A stretch of 64,000 nt of DNA from an uncultured Chitinophaga sp. (GCA_964617955.1 CAZTXB010000014.1:8430-72429), one strand, 5' to 3'. Numbered from the stretch's first letter, positions 1 through 9,448 are shown. Notes: a model not told the origin generated them from the sequence alone. Program-made: numbers and translations.

Positions 1-81
1 CCGAATGTAGACACTGTTTTTAAGGAAATCTATGGGTTGATGCACGAATATAACCCTTCCAGGTATCCTGAATGGCTAACT

Positions 82-268
82 TAGGGCTTGCTGAAAAAGT
101 TCAGTGAAACCGATTTCACTAAACTTCTCGCAAACCTTTGGTAGCACTATGATTCAACACTCCTCTACCAACTATTTTTGACTATTATGCCATCGCGCAT
201 TAAGAGCAATAAAAAATTTAATGAACCTCATGATATCAAGCCTTTAAGTGTTTTTCAGCAGGCCCTAA
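82..268. repeat. Intergenic element, copy 1, with 15-bp terminal inverted repeats (GGGCTTGCTGAAAAA ... TTTTTCAGCAGGCCC).
   Basis: The left arm is 85-99 and the right arm is 251-265. The conserved ends are shared with copy 2 at 48468-48708. The element starts at a TAG triplet. Confidence 0.6.
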
Positions 269-293
269 CTTAGGTTAAACCAGATGCGATGCA

Positions 294-1289
294 TCATGTA
301 AAATTTATTTCAGTGCTGTCCCCAAGATTCAGGTTAAGTGAAACGCCCTTTAAGCTTGCATCGTTACCGATGACGCTATTATCGAGGTTGGCATTTTCGA
401 GATGTGAATGAGGGCCAATAATGGAATTTTTGATAATGGAATAGTCTACTATTACATCGTCTCCGATAGAAACATTTGGCCCAATGATTGAATTCGAAAT
501 TTTAGAGCCCTTTCCAATATAAACCGGATCGATGATGATGGTTGAATTATATTGCGCTGAAGAGGCTGGTTCATAGCCCTCCCTTTTAAGCAAAATGGCA
601 TTTGTTTCAAGCAAAATATCCTTCTTTCCGCAATCAAACCATCCCTCCACATTTTGGGCATACATTTTTACGCCGTTGTCTATCATATGCATGAGGGCAT
701 CCGTGAGTTGATACTCTCCTCTGGTAATAATGTTGTGTTCAATATTATAACAGAGAGCCGCCTTGAGTTGCCTGGTCTCACATATTTTATAAACCCCAAC
801 TAAGGCCAAATTTGATTTTGGGATGGTAGGTTTTTCAACCAACTTTTTAATCTGACCCGAATCATCGATTTCGGCCACTCCGAATTCCCTTGGATCATCC
901 ACCCTTTTCACTCCCAACAAAGTTGTCGGTGAACCCGTTATCTTATGAAGATCGGCCTGAACGATGGTGTCACCGAAAATAATCAGAACAGGGCTTTCAT
1001 CTTTTAGTAAATCCTTAGCAAGCCAAAGGGCATGACCGGTTCCCTTTCCATCGGTTTGAACTACAAAATAAGATTTGATATTGGGATAATTTATGGAAAT
1101 GTACTGTTCAATTTTATCTCCGAGATAGCCAATGATAAAAATAAATTCGTCGATGCCTACTTCTATGAGGCTATCTACAATATGTGCAAGAATGGGTTTA
1201 CCTGCAACCGGTATTAAAGACTTGGGCTGAGTATGGGTATGCGGCCTTAACCTGCTTCCTATACCTGCTACCGGAATGAGTGCTTTCAT
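294..1289 (-). CDS. Sugar-phosphate nucleotidyltransferase. It has an N-terminal NTP_transferase fold with a G-x-G-x-R-L motif and a C-terminal left-handed beta-helix with hexapeptide repeats.
   Basis: The 331-aa ORF starts MKALIPVAGIGSRLRP, which matches the GxGxRL nucleotide-binding loop. Its C-terminal third is rich in I/V-G-x hexapeptide repeats (IGPNVSIGDDVIV, IGPHSHLENANL). Confidence 0.75.
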   Translation of the reverse strand: MKALIPVAGIGSRLRPHTHTQPKSLIPVAGKPILAHIVDSLIEVGIDEFIFIIGYLGDKIEQYISINYPNIKSYFVVQTDGKGTGHALWLAKDLLKDESPVLIIFGDTIVQADLHKITGSPTTLLGVKRVDDPREFGVAEIDDSGQIKKLVEKPTIPKSNLALVGVYKICETRQLKAALCYNIEHNIITRGEYQLTDALMHMIDNGVKMYAQNVEGWFDCGKKDILLETNAILLKREGYEPASSAQYNSTIIIDPVYIGKGSKISNSIIGPNVSIGDDVIVDYSIIKNSIIGPHSHLENANLDNSVIGNDASLKGVSLNLNLGDSTEINFT

Positions 1290-1352
1290 GCGTATGGTTA
1301 TTTAAGTGGCAAACCAAATACAATTATCCGACTATACAAAATTAATCATCCC

Positions 1353-1392
1353 TTACCAAAACAAAACCCGTTCAGCAAAGCTAAACGGGTTT
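1353..1392 (-). terminator. Rho-independent terminator candidate for the 2188-aa gene.
   Basis: An inverted repeat aacccgtt (1365-1372) / aacgggtt (1384-1391) with an 11-nt loop lies about 22 nt past the stop at 1414. On the minus strand it is followed by a T-rich run (ttttgttttgg). Confidence 0.5.
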
Positions 1393-1413
1393 TAGTTTTA
1401 TAAAAGGCTATAA

Positions 1414-4400
1414 CTATTTACCTCTGAGAAGGGTAACGGTACCACTCATAGGCTTTTTACGTCCATCGTTAAGTGGTTTACCTTTAACTTGGTAATTCAT
1501 GATATAGAAATAAGTTCCTTCTGGACAGTCGGCGCCATCATTCTTAACTTTTCCGTTCCATCCAAACTTGGAATCCTGACTTTCGAAAACCACCTCGCCC
1601 CAACGGTTATAGATGGTGATATCGAATTTATCAAGACCCTGTGCTTTTACTCTAAACAAATCATTTAGGCCATCCTTTGGTTCAGGCGTAAATACGTTGT
1701 ATGGAATGATTACCGCTACGAATGTTGAACAAACTTCCTGATAAGCCGTATCGGTACATCCTATGGCATTTGTAGCAATAAGCGTTACCAAATGACAACC
1801 TGTATCAGGCCACTGGTAGCATGGATCCTTTAAAATAGAGCTTCCATTCGGGTTATCCTCAAAAATCCACTCATACTTCACAGCTCCTTGAGATGCATTC
1901 ACGAAACAGAAGAGTGGTGATTTGGTATCATCCACAGTAAAGTCAGCCTTCACATCCAATACAACCACATCGTGACTCACCGTGTCAAGGCACTTATGGA
2001 ACTCGGGCGTGTCGTAATCAGGTATCATAGTCACCTTGTACTTACCAACATTTGTAAACCTGTAGCTGGCAAAAGTATCAGTGGTATTTACGGTATCTTC
2101 AGTTCCAAATAACCAGGTAAAACGTTTGTACAGGGTATCGGAAACTGAGCTGAAGTTTAGCAAAGTATTTGGACAAATGGTGTCGTTTGGCAAGATATCA
2201 AACTCGGCAGGAGCTACAGCTTTCACTCTGATAATCCTTCGAACCGGAATATCAAAATCAGCCGTCGTGTCAGGATAAATAACAGAGCAACGCTTGTTTG
2301 GATCTCCCTGAATATTGGCAAACTGAGTTAAATAAACATAGTATGTACCAGGATTTTTATATCTATGACCCACCGACTTCTTAGTAGTATCTGAGTAAGT
2401 ACTTAAATCACCGAAGTCCCAAATCCATTTTGGATTCCAGCCGGTAGGGTTTGGTGGATCCCAACTGTTATTTATAAATGAAACTGAATCATTCACGCAT
2501 ACAACGGTATCACCAAGATGATCAAAATGTGGACGAGGACCTTCAATATGAATTTTTACACTGGTGCTGTCTTCACAACCCAGTTTGGTTCTCACTTTTA
2601 GCGTGATGGTAAAGTCTCCATTTTGAGTGTAATCGTGGGATGGGTTTTGCAATTTACTCTTGCGTTTTCCATCTCCAAAATCCCATGTGTACTCCACAAT
2701 ATTGTCGCAGGGTTTTCCTTTTGCCAACAGGCATGGGTCAATCACCTTACTGGTGTCGAGGAATGAGAAAATGTTCTTACATGGATTTGTAGAGGCATTG
2801 ATAACCTTTATACCTGCCTTAACACCGGTAACATATATTTTTTGTCTGGTGGTATCCACGCATCCCATACTGTCTTTCATGGCTATACGCACTGTATAAA
2901 TTCCGGGATCATCATAGTGCCATTTGAAAGGAGGCACTCCTATTCCTGTTGTTCCAAATAGGTTATTAGGATAGGCTATACTGTCGCAATAAGGTGGTAA
3001 TTTACTTTTCTTAATACTGTCGTTATGCTCATTCCAATCGATTTTCATCCTCTCGCGGTTGTTTACAAATCGGGTTGGCGTATTCCAGTAACGGGTTCCA
3101 TTGAGCCAATTGAAAGGATCCTGGTAAGCAAAATAACGGATGCTATCGCGCAACACAATATCGGTATTGCCATGACAAATGATAGAATCGGAGAACGTCC
3201 AGTTTGAGAAGAATCCAACAACCACCTCGGTATTCCGTGGTTGGAAACATCCTTCAGTATTTCTCAACTGGAAAGTTGGGAAATATCGGCTGGCCTTAGT
3301 ATAAGCATGTCGGTAAACACCTGGAGTCGCAGCTAAGTTGGTGAGCTTATTTGCTCTTAAGCTATCCCCATAGGTAGGTACTTTGCTCTTAATCATACTG
3401 TCATAAAGAATAAAACTCTTGCTTCTGATCACGCTGTCCCTATACACTTTTATTTTGCTCTTGGTCTTAGTGTAGACATACGTTTTCACATTGCTCTTGA
3501 TGGCGCTGTCGCCATAAGGTGGCAATTTACTTTTCACAGTAATTATGCTGTCATCCGAAACTTTTCTCCACCACCAGAACCATGAGAATTTGCTTCCCAA
3601 AATAAGCGGCTTAGGATTAAACAATTTCTTTTTAACGGTGCTGTCTTTGTAAATGAAACTTACAATGGTGCTGTCAAGGAAAGTAAAACTTTTAGCCTTT
3701 ATCACGCTGTCTCTATAAACACGCACCCTACTCTTTGTGATTAAACTGTCACGGAAGAATGCTTTTCTACTTTTTATGGTACTATCACCAAATGGACACA
3801 CCTTACTGGCAGTTTTAACTCTGTGCTTTAGAGTATCCCATCCTGCCTGACTGCTATCTCTCCAATGAAGTTTCTGAGATATAATCACTGAGTCCTTTTT
3901 GGTATAGTCGGTATAACGGTACCAGGTGTCACCAACTTTAAATCCAACGGTGGCAACGCTATCTTTCAATGTATTGACTTTGCTCTTCATGTATACCAGC
4001 ATGCTGTCGCGGAAAGGAGCAATCTTACTTTTCACCACACTGTCGGCAAATGGAGCTAATTTACTTTTTAGGCGCACTAGGGTAGTCCGGCTGGTCAATG
4101 CGTCCCGATAAGGCGCTACACCATAACTAATGAGACTACCTAAACCAGTGGTATCTATACATCCTTTACCTGAACCATTTCCAAAATAGAGTGGGATTTC
4201 AGTCGATGGAATTTCCGACATAACCAGATTAAGTGCCTTAAAGGCATTTTCAAGGGCCACTCCTGCCCTCGTGACATCTGCGGCTATTGTCCATTTTCGA
4301 ATAATGCCTGTTACGATGGTATCAAGTGTTTTGTAATTAAAACCGTCATACTCCAAGCGTATCACGTAACTATAGAGCCACTTGTCACCTTTTTTCCAGT

Positions 4401-7400
4401 CTTTAATGACCCGGTCATTCCGGTTATTATTAGGTCCGGGATAAGGTTTGTAGTAATAAGTTCTTTCTTCATAATACGAGCCCTGGTCATCGTTCCAATT
4501 CCATACCAGCTGGGTTACGCTGTCCATTTTCGGATCAACAAGTTGGAAGGTAATGGTATCGCCAACGCAAACCGTTTTTTGGGTTCTTTCAGGAACGATC
4601 ACTGTAAATCTTGAATCGAGATAAAGATACCTGAAGGCATTGTGGTACCAAGTTGTATCTATACATTCGATGGTATCAAGTGGCGCGGCATAATCCATCC
4701 AACGGCCGTTTCCAATAATAACACCTACTGTTACCCAACCCGGATTACGGTTCTGAATTTGTCCGGCCGTGTAAGGCATCACAAATCGTGTAGGGTAAGC
4801 ACCTGCAGGCTGATAGCCTGGGTGCCATGGCTGGGCTCCTGGTAAAGGTGGTGACAAGAAACCACCATGAGTTACCCAATTGTTGGTTCCTCCGGCCGAG
4901 TCGAAATTAAATTTGAGCAACCTTTGGGTACAACCCGGTTTGGTCTCCCCTACGTCAAAAATCATACCATATGGTGGACTTGGGGGTGCATAGCATTTAA
5001 TACCTTCCCACTTTAACCCTCTACCGTTTGGCGGAACCAGTGCTAATGAAATTTGTCCCTGGCTCTTGCAGCGAAGGGAATGCACTGTATCCTCATGGTA
5101 TAGGGAAACGGTATTGCATTGGGCAGTATTAAAATAAAAATTCTCGCGGTGGAAGTTGGAGTCAATATAAATACGACTTCTGGTTACAAAAGTGTCTCTT
5201 CCACCAATGATGGTATCCACACAAATGGTAGTAGGCTGCGCGTTGATGGTTCTGCCGGCGGTGATATAAAATTGAGACCTAGAGAAGGCTGTATCGGCGA
5301 TGATGCGATACTCACTAATGTTCAGAACATCATTTCCAGATTTAATAGGGTTGCTGATAGGTCTTTTGACCTTTTGTCCATTGACATAATAAATGATACT
5401 GTCAGCATCTCCGTATTTTTGGTAGAAGGTTTCAAGCGTATCTTTTTCAAGGAAGAAACGGGTTACCTTTCCAAGATCAGCATTAACCTTTTGCTTTGTT
5501 ATTTTTGAATTTTCACGGACTCCCCAATTTTCAACGGTGCTGGTATCTCCCACATAAGTTCCTCCACCCGGAATGGTTCCTACCTTGTATGGACGCAATG
5601 AGTAACCATGTAAGGGTTCATCGTGCATATGCCAGAGTTTAAGATAAACAACCGGTCTGCTGCTGGTTAAGGTGTAAGTACGCCACTGGCGCTCTGGCTC
5701 CAACTGCATCTGGTCCGTCATGTTTCTCAGAGTCACCATACCATTAGGTTGGTTGGTGTAAACACCTGTTCTGATGTTTTTCACAGTAATACTATCAGGC
5801 GTTTGTAAAAACCATTTTTCATCACTTAGGGTTGGAACATAGGAGCCCATCCCTGCAATGTAGGTCGGTACTTTTTTAATTCTGAAGGAGCCTGTAAATT
5901 TCTCCGGTGTACTCGGTTTAATGGTATCTTTTCCAAAAAATACCATGGTGGAATCCTGAGGCACAATCACCAAAGTATCGGCCGGAATCACAAAAGAATT
6001 GGCGGGATAGTAGCGAATCTTATAACAATATCTTCCTCCTTTACACAATACGGTCTTCTCAGCGGCGGTAGCGTAAAACTGACCATTGTTATAATTCTTG
6101 TACAATTGTTCCCAAGGGGTATACCAATGCACAGGCAAGCTATCTCTGCTAAAATTACAGTTAAGCCCTACGTTTTTATTTTTTCTTGTATCAGTGGTAC
6201 ACTTAGGAGCGTAGTTATCTCCAAAGGTCCACAATCTTAAAGCATGTTCCTTATGTCTTTGGCGGGCAGGAGGGAAAACCGATGGGATAGCAGTTTGATC
6301 ACCGGGCCATCTGAAGGCATATTCTTTTACCTTGCTAAAAATGATTGTATCCTTCCCTGAAATGATTGGATTAATAATTGCCTTCCTGACCTTCTTACCA
6401 TTGATATAATAAATGATACTGTCTTTTTCGTTGGCTGTTAAGCTCAATGTTTCAAGCGTATCCTTATCCAGGTATAAAATAGTTGTGATCCCATATTTAC
6501 CCTGATAGGTTCCGAAAGGTTGTATGGTGTCAAGTGTTAATGGCTTCTCCCAATAGCCCACCTTATTTCGGCTGGCTGAGGTAAAATAAGTAAACACCCT
6601 TGAACTGTCTTCAAACACAGGAACATCGTCCACATGATAAAAACTCGAGTTGTTTACAAAATGTACCGAGTCGCGGATTACGCATTGGTATTTTTCATCT
6701 TCCTTAACCCTGTTAAAGGGTATCTCAATCGTAGAAGTAGGTCCTATTTTTGTGATGGTATCAAATACCGTCACATTGCAAGGCCCGCTTCTGATATTTA
6801 CCGAAGCCATCCAGGGTCCTAACGGATAGTTATGTGCAGCTTTTATTAAAGTTCTGTTGTTGAAGTTTGCAGGACCTGCTGGCGGCCGTCCAAAATTCCA
6901 CAAGAAATTACTTGAGCTAATCGGCTGCAAGGTATTTCTGTCCACAGCTGTATATTCAACCAAAGGGGTGCTCGAGCAAGAAGAATCCGGGTCGGCTATG
7001 ATTTTAACATTCAAAATAGAGATGGTTGCAGCCGCCTTAAAAGTGAACGAATCGACACAACCATGAATGGTGGTAACTGTTAATTTCCCATTGAAAACAT
7101 AGGTGCCACTGGGCATCCCCGTGACATTATACGTATGTGTGTGAACCCCGTTACCGGTTGGTCCCATCCACCATTGTGTATTAATACCCAAGCTACCGCT
7201 TCCTGTGATAATGTTGTTAAATGACCCCGGGAATCCATAGTTCCAAACGAAAGATTTAATGGAAGATAAAGGCGTAAATGCAGGTGTTAAGTTTCTGATG
7301 GTAGCTACCGATTGAATACAAGCATTGGGTCCTGAGGCAGTGAAGTTTACCCCTATTTTAGGAAACACCCTAATGAAGGTGTCGTATTTGACCTTGGTTA

Positions 7401-7980
7401 TACAGCCATTTGAATCTTCCGACTCTATGGTTAAATCGAAATATCCTCCAGCCGGATCTATCACGCTATGGCAGATGGTATCGCCACCTTTTGGATTGGT
7501 GAGAACGTAAAGCGCGCCATCACTAAAAAGATATTTTGTTTTTAGAATTTTGCCGGGATTGGCAGCTTTAGTGCTGTCGATAAAGCAAAATTTATTTCCT
7601 AGGAAACATTGATTTTTATTGTGGAGTGGGCGGGTAAATACACGTGGACTTGCCTTAATCACTATATCGAAAGAGCCCGTACATTTTACGCCGGTTACGC
7701 TATTGGTAAAAGTGTAGGTAACGGTATAAGTACCTGCTTTGGAATAGGCATAAAAAGGATCGCGTTGCGTGGAAGTTCCTCCATTTCCAAAATCCCAGGC
7801 ATAGACATCCTTTCCAGGCGAATTGGCCACAAAAAATATGGGTGAGTTTTCGCAATTTGAACTTTTTGTTTTATCCCAGAATGGATTACAGGCTTGGCCC
7901 TGACTGAACTTTGAACCTGTAATTAAAAGCAGCAACATGCCGATTTTCAATAACGCTGAGATGGTTTTGTTTTTTCTCAT
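1414..7980 (-). CDS. Giant secreted cell-surface protein of 2188 aa. It has a signal peptide, PKD-like domains, an internal 13-aa tandem repeat array and a T9SS type-B (gliding motility-associated) C-terminal domain.
   Basis: The N-terminus MRKNKTISALLKIGMLLLLITGSKFSQGQA is a Sec signal. There are multiple W/FDFGDG...Y PKD-type motifs. The C-terminus reads YNVFTPEPKDGLNDLFRV...IYNRWGEVVFES...WNGK...GTYFY...GTVTLLRGK, which is the T9SS type-B CTD consensus. Confidence 0.9.
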   Translation of the reverse strand: MRKNKTISALLKIGMLLLLITGSKFSQGQACNPFWDKTKSSNCENSPIFFVANSPGKDVYAWDFGNGGTSTQRDPFYAYSKAGTYTVTYTFTNSVTGVKCTGSFDIVIKASPRVFTRPLHNKNQCFLGNKFCFIDSTKAANPGKILKTKYLFSDGALYVLTNPKGGDTICHSVIDPAGGYFDLTIESEDSNGCITKVKYDTFIRVFPKIGVNFTASGPNACIQSVATIRNLTPAFTPLSSIKSFVWNYGFPGSFNNIITGSGSLGINTQWWMGPTGNGVHTHTYNVTGMPSGTYVFNGKLTVTTIHGCVDSFTFKAAATISILNVKIIADPDSSCSSTPLVEYTAVDRNTLQPISSSNFLWNFGRPPAGPANFNNRTLIKAAHNYPLGPWMASVNIRSGPCNVTVFDTITKIGPTSTIEIPFNRVKEDEKYQCVIRDSVHFVNNSSFYHVDDVPVFEDSSRVFTYFTSASRNKVGYWEKPLTLDTIQPFGTYQGKYGITTILYLDKDTLETLSLTANEKDSIIYYINGKKVRKAIINPIISGKDTIIFSKVKEYAFRWPGDQTAIPSVFPPARQRHKEHALRLWTFGDNYAPKCTTDTRKNKNVGLNCNFSRDSLPVHWYTPWEQLYKNYNNGQFYATAAEKTVLCKGGRYCYKIRYYPANSFVIPADTLVIVPQDSTMVFFGKDTIKPSTPEKFTGSFRIKKVPTYIAGMGSYVPTLSDEKWFLQTPDSITVKNIRTGVYTNQPNGMVTLRNMTDQMQLEPERQWRTYTLTSSRPVVYLKLWHMHDEPLHGYSLRPYKVGTIPGGGTYVGDTSTVENWGVRENSKITKQKVNADLGKVTRFFLEKDTLETFYQKYGDADSIIYYVNGQKVKRPISNPIKSGNDVLNISEYRIIADTAFSRSQFYITAGRTINAQPTTICVDTIIGGRDTFVTRSRIYIDSNFHRENFYFNTAQCNTVSLYHEDTVHSLRCKSQGQISLALVPPNGRGLKWEGIKCYAPPSPPYGMIFDVGETKPGCTQRLLKFNFDSAGGTNNWVTHGGFLSPPLPGAQPWHPGYQPAGAYPTRFVMPYTAGQIQNRNPGWVTVGVIIGNGRWMDYAAPLDTIECIDTTWYHNAFRYLYLDSRFTVIVPERTQKTVCVGDTITFQLVDPKMDSVTQLVWNWNDDQGSYYEERTYYYKPYPGPNNNRNDRVIKDWKKGDKWLYSYVIRLEYDGFNYKTLDTIVTGIIRKWTIAADVTRAGVALENAFKALNLVMSEIPSTEIPLYFGNGSGKGCIDTTGLGSLISYGVAPYRDALTSRTTLVRLKSKLAPFADSVVKSKIAPFRDSMLVYMKSKVNTLKDSVATVGFKVGDTWYRYTDYTKKDSVIISQKLHWRDSSQAGWDTLKHRVKTASKVCPFGDSTIKSRKAFFRDSLITKSRVRVYRDSVIKAKSFTFLDSTIVSFIYKDSTVKKKLFNPKPLILGSKFSWFWWWRKVSDDSIITVKSKLPPYGDSAIKSNVKTYVYTKTKSKIKVYRDSVIRSKSFILYDSMIKSKVPTYGDSLRANKLTNLAATPGVYRHAYTKASRYFPTFQLRNTEGCFQPRNTEVVVGFFSNWTFSDSIICHGNTDIVLRDSIRYFAYQDPFNWLNGTRYWNTPTRFVNNRERMKIDWNEHNDSIKKSKLPPYCDSIAYPNNLFGTTGIGVPPFKWHYDDPGIYTVRIAMKDSMGCVDTTRQKIYVTGVKAGIKVINASTNPCKNIFSFLDTSKVIDPCLLAKGKPCDNIVEYTWDFGDGKRKSKLQNPSHDYTQNGDFTITLKVRTKLGCEDSTSVKIHIEGPRPHFDHLGDTVVCVNDSVSFINNSWDPPNPTGWNPKWIWDFGDLSTYSDTTKKSVGHRYKNPGTYYVYLTQFANIQGDPNKRCSVIYPDTTADFDIPVRRIIRVKAVAPAEFDILPNDTICPNTLLNFSSVSDTLYKRFTWLFGTEDTVNTTDTFASYRFTNVGKYKVTMIPDYDTPEFHKCLDTVSHDVVVLDVKADFTVDDTKSPLFCFVNASQGAVKYEWIFEDNPNGSSILKDPCYQWPDTGCHLVTLIATNAIGCTDTAYQEVCSTFVAVIIPYNVFTPEPKDGLNDLFRVKAQGLDKFDITIYNRWGEVVFESQDSKFGWNGKVKNDGADCPEGTYFYIMNYQVKGKPLNDGRKKPMSGTVTLLRGK
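3355..4075 (-). repeat. Coding tandem repeat array inside the 2188-aa protein. The unit is 39 nt (13 aa), there are about 18-20 copies, and each contains a DS dipeptide.
   Basis: The motifs gctgtc (DS on the minus strand) and ttgctctt (KSK) recur about every 39 nt. Peptide units include KSKLAPFADSVV, KSKIAPFRDSMLV, KSRVRVYRDSVIK, KSKLPPYGDSAIKS and KSKIKVYRDSVIRS. Confidence 0.7.
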
Positions 7981-8065
7981 AATTTGTATTTTAAATATGT
8001 CTTAAAGGGCTTCCTTTTAAAACAGCCCGCTATTTTACGATTTTTATTTTAATTATCAATAGGCC

Positions 8066-8905
8066 TTACAACAAAGTAAGTCCCCTCATGTCTCTTCTTT
8101 TAAACCCACTTTTCAGTTCATATCCGTATTTTACAAGGTAATACCCTCGTTCACAAGGCTGTCCTGTTGTCATATCTTTTCCGTCCCATCCTTTATTTTT
8201 ATCAAAGCTTTCAAAAACTTTTTTGCCGTTGCTTGTAAAGATTTGAAGGTAAAATGATTTTTCATTTTCTACCTCAATTTTGAAAAAATCATTCTGCCCA
8301 TCCCCATCCGGTGTAAACACATTAGGAGGTTCAACGAAGGCAATAGGTTGCGAATTTTCTTCCTTTTCTTCAACTTTCCCGGCAGGTTCTTCAATAATTT
8401 TGGTTTTTGGTGCAGGAATTGGCGTTGTTTCAGTCTCAACAACCGTGTTAGGATCATTGAATTTCGATTGAGGAATTCTTTCAGGTTCAGGCGTTTCGTC
8501 AACAATATACATTTCAACCATCGGAAGACTATCGTGCGATTGAGTGGCTTTTTGTATTAAAGATGGGTTGTTTGAGACGGTATTATCGGCTAGTTCAATT
8601 TCAAAAGTATCCTTGTCTGCCGCAACCGCAGTTACTGAATCGGGTTTTCTGTCGATGGGTGGCTTGGCTTCATTGCTTTGTAAGTACCTATAGCTTATAA
8701 ACCCTAGGCCGCCCAGAGCAAGCATGCCGGCTATCACTTTCGCAAATAAGAATTTAGATATGGCAATTTTTGCAGTTGACACAGCACCTGCACTTATGGA
8801 AGAACCCACTGATTCCCATACCCCTTCGGGTACTGGCATTTTTGTACCTTCAACAGCCTGCTTGAGCATCTGGTCGAAGGGGTGGTTGAGTTCCTGGTTT
8901 TCCAT
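8066..8905 (-). CDS. Single-pass membrane protein in the anti-sigma position downstream of an ECF sigma factor. It has a P/E/T-rich linker and ends in a T9SS type-B C-terminal domain.
   Basis: The 279-aa protein has a roughly 50-aa N-terminal cytoplasmic segment, one TM helix (FLFAKVIAGMLALGGLGFISY) and a low-complexity linker. Its C-terminus reads PNVFTPDGDGQNDFFKIEV...IFTSNGKKVFES...WDGKD...GYYLVKY, matching the CTDs of the giant proteins in this window. The start lies 3 nt after the sigma factor stop (8909/8905). Confidence 0.7.
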   Translation of the reverse strand: MENQELNHPFDQMLKQAVEGTKMPVPEGVWESVGSSISAGAVSTAKIAISKFLFAKVIAGMLALGGLGFISYRYLQSNEAKPPIDRKPDSVTAVAADKDTFEIELADNTVSNNPSLIQKATQSHDSLPMVEMYIVDETPEPERIPQSKFNDPNTVVETETTPIPAPKTKIIEEPAGKVEEKEENSQPIAFVEPPNVFTPDGDGQNDFFKIEVENEKSFYLQIFTSNGKKVFESFDKNKGWDGKDMTTGQPCERGYYLVKYGYELKSGFKRRDMRGLTLL

Positions 8906-8908
8906 TTT

Positions 8909-9448
8909 TTAAAAATTATCCTTTAGCATTCTTTGTAACATTTGCCTTCCCTTATGCAGTTGCGTTTTAGAAGTACTTTCCGAAATTCCAAGCTTTTCGG
9001 AAATTTCCTTATGACTGTATCCTTCAATGATAAAAAGATTGATGGCAGTGCGGTATCCAAGTGGTAATTTTTGAATCAGATCCATCAATTTTTTCGCATC
9101 ATGTCGGTCAAATTGAATGGTTTCAGAACTTAAATCGTGGACTTCTTCTACATCAACTGTGGTCGGCTGCCTAAGTTCTTTTCTGATATATTCCAACGAG
9201 TGGTTAATAAAAATTCGCTTCAGCCAGCCTTCAAATGATCCTTCAAATTTAAACTCTGACAATTTAGTAAAAGCTTTGATGAAGCCTTCCTGAAGCAAGT
9301 CTTTGGCCTGATCGGCATCTTTTGAATACCTGTAACAAATCGCATACATGGTAGGGGCAAATATGTCAAATAACGCTTTTTGTGACTTTGGATTCTGAGC
9401 AATGCATCCTTGTATCAGCAGTATATTCCTCTCTTCGGATTGCAGCAT
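8909..9448 (-). CDS. RNA polymerase sigma-70 factor, ECF subfamily.
   Basis: The 179-aa protein has a region-2-like segment (FDIFAPTMYAICYRYSKDADQAKDLLQEGFIKAF) and a region-4 HTH (GYSHKEISEKLGISESTSKTQLHKGRQMLQ). Confidence 0.9.
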   Translation of the reverse strand: MLQSEERNILLIQGCIAQNPKSQKALFDIFAPTMYAICYRYSKDADQAKDLLQEGFIKAFTKLSEFKFEGSFEGWLKRIFINHSLEYIRKELRQPTTVDVEEVHDLSSETIQFDRHDAKKLMDLIQKLPLGYRTAINLFIIEGYSHKEISEKLGISESTSKTQLHKGRQMLQRMLKDNF

